This document shows, piece after piece, positions 59,344-64,000 of a DNA stretch of 64,000 nucleotides. The translations under genes and the position numbers were made by a program. The stretch lies in NCBI GenBank assembly GCA_963796275.1, contig CAWCKY010000001.1, forward strand, positions 1,088,001 through 1,152,000, read 5' to 3'. Position 1 is the stretch's first letter. Each line of letters starts with the position of its first letter. A model generated the notes under the pieces. That model searched no databases. It was not told where the DNA came from and saw nothing but the letters and a program-made list of their open reading frames with translations. The DNA is from an uncultured Acidobacteriota bacterium (GTDB taxonomy: Bacteria > Acidobacteriota > Blastocatellia > RBC074).

Positions 59344-60792
59344 ATGTTGTTTCGAATCGAGCACGGTTCAATCCAGCGTCTTTCCGACACGGCAGCCTTC
59401 ATCGAATTGCTCAACAACTTTCCCCTGTCGTCTCTCTTTCATCCCGAGCGGGAATTAATCGTGACGCGTGCGCCGGGCCGCCTGGATTTAATGGGTGGGA
59501 TTGCGGACTATTCGGGCTCGCTGGTTCTGCAGCTTCCTATCGACAACGCATCGCACGTCGCGCTGCAATGCCGGGATGACGAGAAGATTCGTATCATTAG
59601 TCTGATGGATGATCCGAAGGAGCCCCCTCGTAGGATTGAAATGCAGCTCTCGGAATTTCGAACGAATGGGGAACTGATTGATTACGATGTAGCCCGAGAT
59701 CGTTTCAGCAGGGATCCGGCGGATCACTGGGCCGCTTATGCCGCCGGCGCATATCTCGCGTTAATGCGCGAGAAGCGGGCCAATTTCAAGTGCGGCGCTA
59801 CCATTCTGATCAGCTCGCAGGTGCCCGAGGGCAAAGGCGTCAGCTCCTCCGCGGCGCTCGAAGTATCGGTAATGCAGGCCATCGCCAGCGCCTATGAAAT
59901 AGATATCCCGCCCTATGAGCTGGCGTTTCTCTGCCAGAAGGTTGAGAACCTCATTGCGGGCGCGCCGTGCGGTCTGATGGATCAGATGACCGCGGCTTGC
60001 GGTGAGGCGGATCGTTTGCTCGCATTGCTCTGCCAGCCCGGTGAATTGATGGGAACGGTGAAACTGCCCGATGAGCTGCGGGTCTGGGGGATCGATTCCG
60101 GCATTCGCCACGCCGTCGCCGGAGCGGATTACGGGACAGTCCGCACCGCCGCTTTTATGGGCTATCGGATGATTGCCGAAATTGCCGGTCTGAAAGCCAG
60201 CCAAACGGGAAAGACAGGGTTGGTTAAGATCGACGATCCGAAATGGAACGGCTATCTCGCCAATGTGACGCCGGCAGAGTTCGAACAATATTTCGCCGGC
60301 CATCTGCCGGACAGGTTAGCGGGCGAAGAGTTCTTGAAGCGATTCGGGGGGATCACCGATCCGGTGACATCTGTGAAGCCGGAGGTCGTTTATCCTGTAT
60401 TTCAAGCGACGCGACATCCGATCTACGAGCACGCGCGCGTCCGGACTTTTGCGGAGATCTTGAAAAGTTGGAGTGGCATTGATCAGGGTGCCCAGCTCGG
60501 AGAACTGATGTACCAATCACACGACAGCTACTCCGCCTGCGGTCTTGGCTCATCGGGAACGGACGAGATCGTCAGGCTAGTCCGTGAAGATGGGATCGAC
60601 AATGGGCTCTATGGCGCGAAGATAACGGGAGGCGGGAGCGGCGGCACGGTCGCCGTGCTCGGGAACCGCGATACTGAGAAGACGGTAAACGAATTGACCG
60701 AAAAATATGTATCACATACCGGACATAGGCCGATCGTTATCTCCGGATCATCTCCGGGAGCAGGCGTCTTTGGTCATCTGAAATTATGTTAG
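59344..60792 (+). CDS. GHMP sugar-1-kinase, plant L-arabinokinase (ARA1)-like / galactokinase-like
   Basis: [69 protein letters not shown]. Confidence 0.88.
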   Translation: MLFRIEHGSIQRLSDTAAFIELLNNFPLSSLFHPERELIVTRAPGRLDLMGGIADYSGSLVLQLPIDNASHVALQCRDDEKIRIISLMDDPKEPPRRIEMQLSEFRTNGELIDYDVARDRFSRDPADHWAAYAAGAYLALMREKRANFKCGATILISSQVPEGKGVSSSAALEVSVMQAIASAYEIDIPPYELAFLCQKVENLIAGAPCGLMDQMTAACGEADRLLALLCQPGELMGTVKLPDELRVWGIDSGIRHAVAGADYGTVRTAAFMGYRMIAEIAGLKASQTGKTGLVKIDDPKWNGYLANVTPAEFEQYFAGHLPDRLAGEEFLKRFGGITDPVTSVKPEVVYPVFQATRHPIYEHARVRTFAEILKSWSGIDQGAQLGELMYQSHDSYSACGLGSSGTDEIVRLVREDGIDNGLYGAKITGGGSGGTVAVLGNRDTEKTVNELTEKYVSHTGHRPIVISGSSPGAGVFGHLKLC

Positions 60793-60797
60793 TAGTG

Positions 60798-60858
60798 TGC
60801 AGTGTTCAGTTTTCACTAGTGATTTCCAACTGAAAACTGAAAACTGAAAACTGAACAC
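60798..60858. repeat. Inverted heptamer array (TTTTCA / CTGAAAA)
   Basis: ACTGAAA x3 plus GTGTTCAG/CTGAACAC closing stem. Confidence 0.7.
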
Positions 60859-60893
60859 TTGTTTGATGAATCCACTTGGGAGTTCGAACATAA

Positions 60894-61880
60894 ATGGCGA
60901 TTCTCGTAACTGGCGGGGCAGGCTACATCGGCAGCGTAATGGTTGAGCTGCTCTCCGACCGAGGTGAAAAGGTTGTAGTGCTGGACAATCTCATGCGGGG
61001 CCACCGCGCCGCTGTTGACCCAAATATACCATTCTATCAGGGCTGCGTCGGCGACCGTGAGTTGGTCGCCTCGATCTGCCGTGAGCACGACATCGAAGCC
61101 TGCATCCATTTCGCGGCGCTGGCATATGTCGGTGAGTCGGTAGGCTCGCCGAAGCTCTATTTCGAAAACAACGTCGAGAAAGGGATTGCGCTGCTCGATG
61201 CCGTGATTGGTGCGGGCGTCAGGAATTTCGTCTTCTCTTCGACATGCGCCACCTACGGCGAACCGGTGCGCATACCGATCGACGAGCAGCATCCTCAACA
61301 ACCGACCAATCCATATGGCTGGTCCAAGTTTTTTCTCGAGAAGGTTCTCGCGGCTTATGATCATGCTTACGGCCTCCGCTACGTCTCGCTCCGCTATTTC
61401 AATGCTGCCGGCGCGACCGGTGTGCGCGGTGAGCATCACCATCCCGAGACCCACCTGATCCCCAGCGTATTGTTCACCGCCATGGGCAAAATCCCGCAGG
61501 TGACGGTCTTTGGGGACGACTATCCGACCCCCGACGGGACTGCGATCCGCGATTACGTTCACGTCGTCGATCTCTGTTCCGCTCATATTCTCGCGCTCGA
61601 TTATCTGCGGAATGGTGGAAGTTCCGAGTCGGTTAATCTGGGCACGGGGCAAGGATATTCCGTGATGGAACTGATTGAGACGGCGCGTAGTGTGACGAAC
61701 CGCCCGATTAAGGTGGAGATTGCACCCAGGCGACCGGGCGATCCTTCGCGCCTGATCGCCGATTCTGAAAAAGCCAGATCGGTTCTGGGCTGGCAGCAAC
61801 TCCTGTATCCAAATCTGAGATCAATCATTGCAACTGCGTGGGAATGGCACAAAGCGCATCCCGATGGCTACGGAATTTAA
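60894..61880 (+). CDS. galE: UDP-glucose 4-epimerase
   Basis: [13 protein letters not shown]...[34 protein letters not shown]. Confidence 0.95.
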   Translation: MAILVTGGAGYIGSVMVELLSDRGEKVVVLDNLMRGHRAAVDPNIPFYQGCVGDRELVASICREHDIEACIHFAALAYVGESVGSPKLYFENNVEKGIALLDAVIGAGVRNFVFSSTCATYGEPVRIPIDEQHPQQPTNPYGWSKFFLEKVLAAYDHAYGLRYVSLRYFNAAGATGVRGEHHHPETHLIPSVLFTAMGKIPQVTVFGDDYPTPDGTAIRDYVHVVDLCSAHILALDYLRNGGSSESVNLGTGQGYSVMELIETARSVTNRPIKVEIAPRRPGDPSRLIADSEKARSVLGWQQLLYPNLRSIIATAWEWHKAHPDGYGI

Positions 61881-61905
61881 CGATAGATTCAAAATGGAGA
61901 ATAGT

Positions 61906-63045
61906 ATGGGCAAGATACTCACATCGATGGTTTTGATCGCTGCAGTAATGTTCACCGGCGGTTTCGGTGAGAAAGGCAAGGCGAGTTTGAAGAAAGAAAG
62001 TTTCGGTAAAACGACGGATGGGCAGGAAGTGGAGCTTTACACGCTGAGCAACGCTAACGGAATCGAGACCGAGATCGCCACTTACGGCGGCATCGTAGTT
62101 TCAATCAAAGTGCCGGACCGCAACGGCAAGATCGATGATGTGGCGTTGGGGTTCGATACGCTGGATGGTTACCTGAAAGGTCATCCTTTCTTCGGGGCAC
62201 TCGTCGGCCGTTACAGCAACCGCATCGGCAAAGCAAAGTTCACGCTCAACGGCAAGGAGTACAAGCTCGCGGTAAACAACGGCGAAAACACGCTGCACGG
62301 CGGCACCAAGGGGTTCGACAAAGTTGTCTGGAAAGCCAAGCCGGTAACGGCGAAAGACGGAGTCGCCCTCGAGCTCTCCTACCTGAGTAAAGATGGTGAA
62401 GAGGGGTATCCGGGCAACCTTTCGGTGAAGGTCATTTACACGTTGACCAATAACAACGAGCTGAAGGTCGATTACTCCGCGACCACGGACCAGGACACGG
62501 TTGTGAATTTAACCAATCACTCTTACTTCAATCTGGCGGGCCAGGGAAACGGCGATATTCTCGGTCATCAGATCCAGATCAACGCAGATCGCTTCACTCC
62601 TGTCGATTCGGGATTGATACCGACCGGAGAGCTCCGCAGCGTCAAGTCGACGCCGTTCGACTTCACACAATTGACGGCCATCGGGGCGCGGGTGAATCAG
62701 GATGATGAGCAATTGAAGTTGGGCAAAGGTTATGACCACAACTTTGTGATCAATGGGAAAGCGGGAACGTTGAGGCTCGCCGCCAAAGTTGTCGAGCCTA
62801 CGACAGGCCGTGTGATGGAGGTCTCGACGACGGAGCCGGGCGTCCAGCTTTATATCGGCAATTTCCTCGACGGAAGCCTTAAAGGTAAGGAGGGCAAAGT
62901 CTATAACGCGCGCTACGGATTCTGCCTCGAGACGCAGCATTTTCCGGATTCGCCCAACAAGCCCGATTTCCCGACAACGGTTTTGAAGAAAGGCGGCCGC
63001 TACCAGACGACTACCGTATATAAGTTTTCGACGGATAAGAAGTAG
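61906..63045 (+). CDS. galM: Aldose 1-epimerase (mutarotase) with signal peptide
   Basis: GRY.NRI, LHGG, NLTNHSYFNL, YDHNF, CLETQHFPD; hydrophobic N-terminus after GGAGA RBS. Confidence 0.93.
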   Translation: MGKILTSMVLIAAVMFTGGFGEKGKASLKKESFGKTTDGQEVELYTLSNANGIETEIATYGGIVVSIKVPDRNGKIDDVALGFDTLDGYLKGHPFFGALVGRYSNRIGKAKFTLNGKEYKLAVNNGENTLHGGTKGFDKVVWKAKPVTAKDGVALELSYLSKDGEEGYPGNLSVKVIYTLTNNNELKVDYSATTDQDTVVNLTNHSYFNLAGQGNGDILGHQIQINADRFTPVDSGLIPTGELRSVKSTPFDFTQLTAIGARVNQDDEQLKLGKGYDHNFVINGKAGTLRLAAKVVEPTTGRVMEVSTTEPGVQLYIGNFLDGSLKGKEGKVYNARYGFCLETQHFPDSPNKPDFPTTVLKKGGRYQTTTVYKFSTDKK

Positions 63046-63055
63046 GGACCGCGGC

Positions 63056-63167
63056 ATTGTTAATTGTTCATTGTTAACTGTTAATTTGTCATTGAATGAG
63101 CCGCGTAATCTTCAATGACAAATCAACAATGAACAATGAACAATTAACAATGAACAATGAACAATGC
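63056..63167. repeat. Inverted heptamer array between convergent galM and uvrB (probable terminator-like hairpin)
   Basis: ATTGTTA/ATTGTTC units versus AACAATG units. Confidence 0.8.
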
Positions 63168-63171
63168 CTCC

Positions 63172-64000
63172 CTAGCTTCCCAATTCCAGCTCTCGTTCCT
63201 TCAGATATTTGATCTTATCCCGCAGTTCGGCCGCCCGTTCGAAATCGAACTTCTTGGCTGCTTCGCGCATCTCGTGTTCGAAACGGGCAATCGTCTCGGC
63301 CAGTCGCTCCGGCGTATATTCTTCGAACTCATCGATGTTCAATGGCATTTTAAAATAATCGGCCTCATATGCAGTGACAAGCGTCGCTTCAATCGGCTTG
63401 ATGATCGATTGCGGCGTGATGCCGTTCTCTTCATTGAAAGCCAGTTGTCTGCCGCGGCGCCGGTTGGTTTCGTCGATCGCCTTGCGCATCGACTCGGTTA
63501 CGACGTCGGCGTAGAGGATCGCTTTGCCGCGAGCGTTGCGTGCTGCGCGGCCGATGGTTTGGATCAATGAGGACTCGCTGCGTAAAAATCCTTCTTTATC
63601 GGCGTCCAAAATCGCCACCAGGGAGACTTCAGGTAGATCGAGTCCTTCGCGCAGCAGGTTGATTCCGACCAGGACGTCGAATTCTCCCCGGCGCAGGTCG
63701 CGCAGAATCTTGATTCGTTCGAGAGTCTCTATCTCCGAATGCAGATACCTCACGCGAATGCTCAGGTCGCTGTAGTAATCGGTCAAATCTTCCGACATCT
63801 TCTTAGTCAGCGTCGTAACCAGCACGCGCTCTTTGCGCGCCACGCGATCGCGGACCTCGTGCAACAGATCGTCGATCTGCCCGCGGACTGGCCGGACATC
63901 CACCTCGGGATCGAGCAGCCCGGTCGGGCGGATGATCTGCTCGACAACTACGCCGCCAGATTTCGTCAGCTCATACGGGCCGGGAGTTGCAGAGACGTAG
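63172..64000 (-). CDS. uvrB: Excinuclease ABC subunit B (3' part; runs off the window)
   Basis: [42 protein letters not shown]-terminal UVR domain FERAAELRD. Confidence 0.97.
   Translation of the reverse strand, partial: YVSATPGPYELTKSGGVVVEQIIRPTGLLDPEVDVRPVRGQIDDLLHEVRDRVARKERVLVTTLTKKMSEDLTDYYSDLSIRVRYLHSEIETLERIKILRDLRRGEFDVLVGINLLREGLDLPEVSLVAILDADKEGFLRSESSLIQTIGRAARNARGKAILYADVVTESMRKAIDETNRRRGRQLAFNEENGITPQSIIKPIEATLVTAYEADYFKMPLNIDEFEEYTPERLAETIARFEHEMREAAKKFDFERAAELRDKIKYLKERELELGS

Overview
Bacterial chromosomal segment, most likely Acidobacteriota and probably Blastocatellia-like. This is inferred from two ADOP-type permeases, an Oar-type TonB-dependent receptor and the style of the intergenic repeats. 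Many otherwise conserved genes carry single-base frameshifts that look like long-read consensus errors. Main content: (1) An 8.77-kb TG...CA transposon (2886-11650) with a 7-bp target duplication CACGTTT and ~150-bp imperfect terminal inverted repeats. It splits an ABC permease gene and carries a DDE transposase and two secreted passenger proteins, and a complete group II intron sits inside one of its terminal repeats. (2) An EhpF/GriC-like adenylating enzyme plus an ALDH-like partner. (3) A ~12-kb co-oriented cluster of a PlsR/PlsA(Ger)-like reductase-activase, a Tes/GDGT-MAS-like radical SAM enzyme, three more radical SAM enzymes and two small proteins, which is a candidate ether/membrane-spanning lipid (brGDGT-type) locus. 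(4) A Hachiman-like defence pair. (5) An IS630. (6) An archaeal-type aspS preceded by a translational T-box riboswitch with an ultrashort Stem I and an Asp (GAC) specifier. (7) A GH18-CE4-GT2 plus GH8 polysaccharide pair. (8) A Leloir-like sugar operon whose kinase resembles plant L-arabinokinase, followed by the 3' part of uvrB. All family calls come from motif recognition by eye; no database searches were run.
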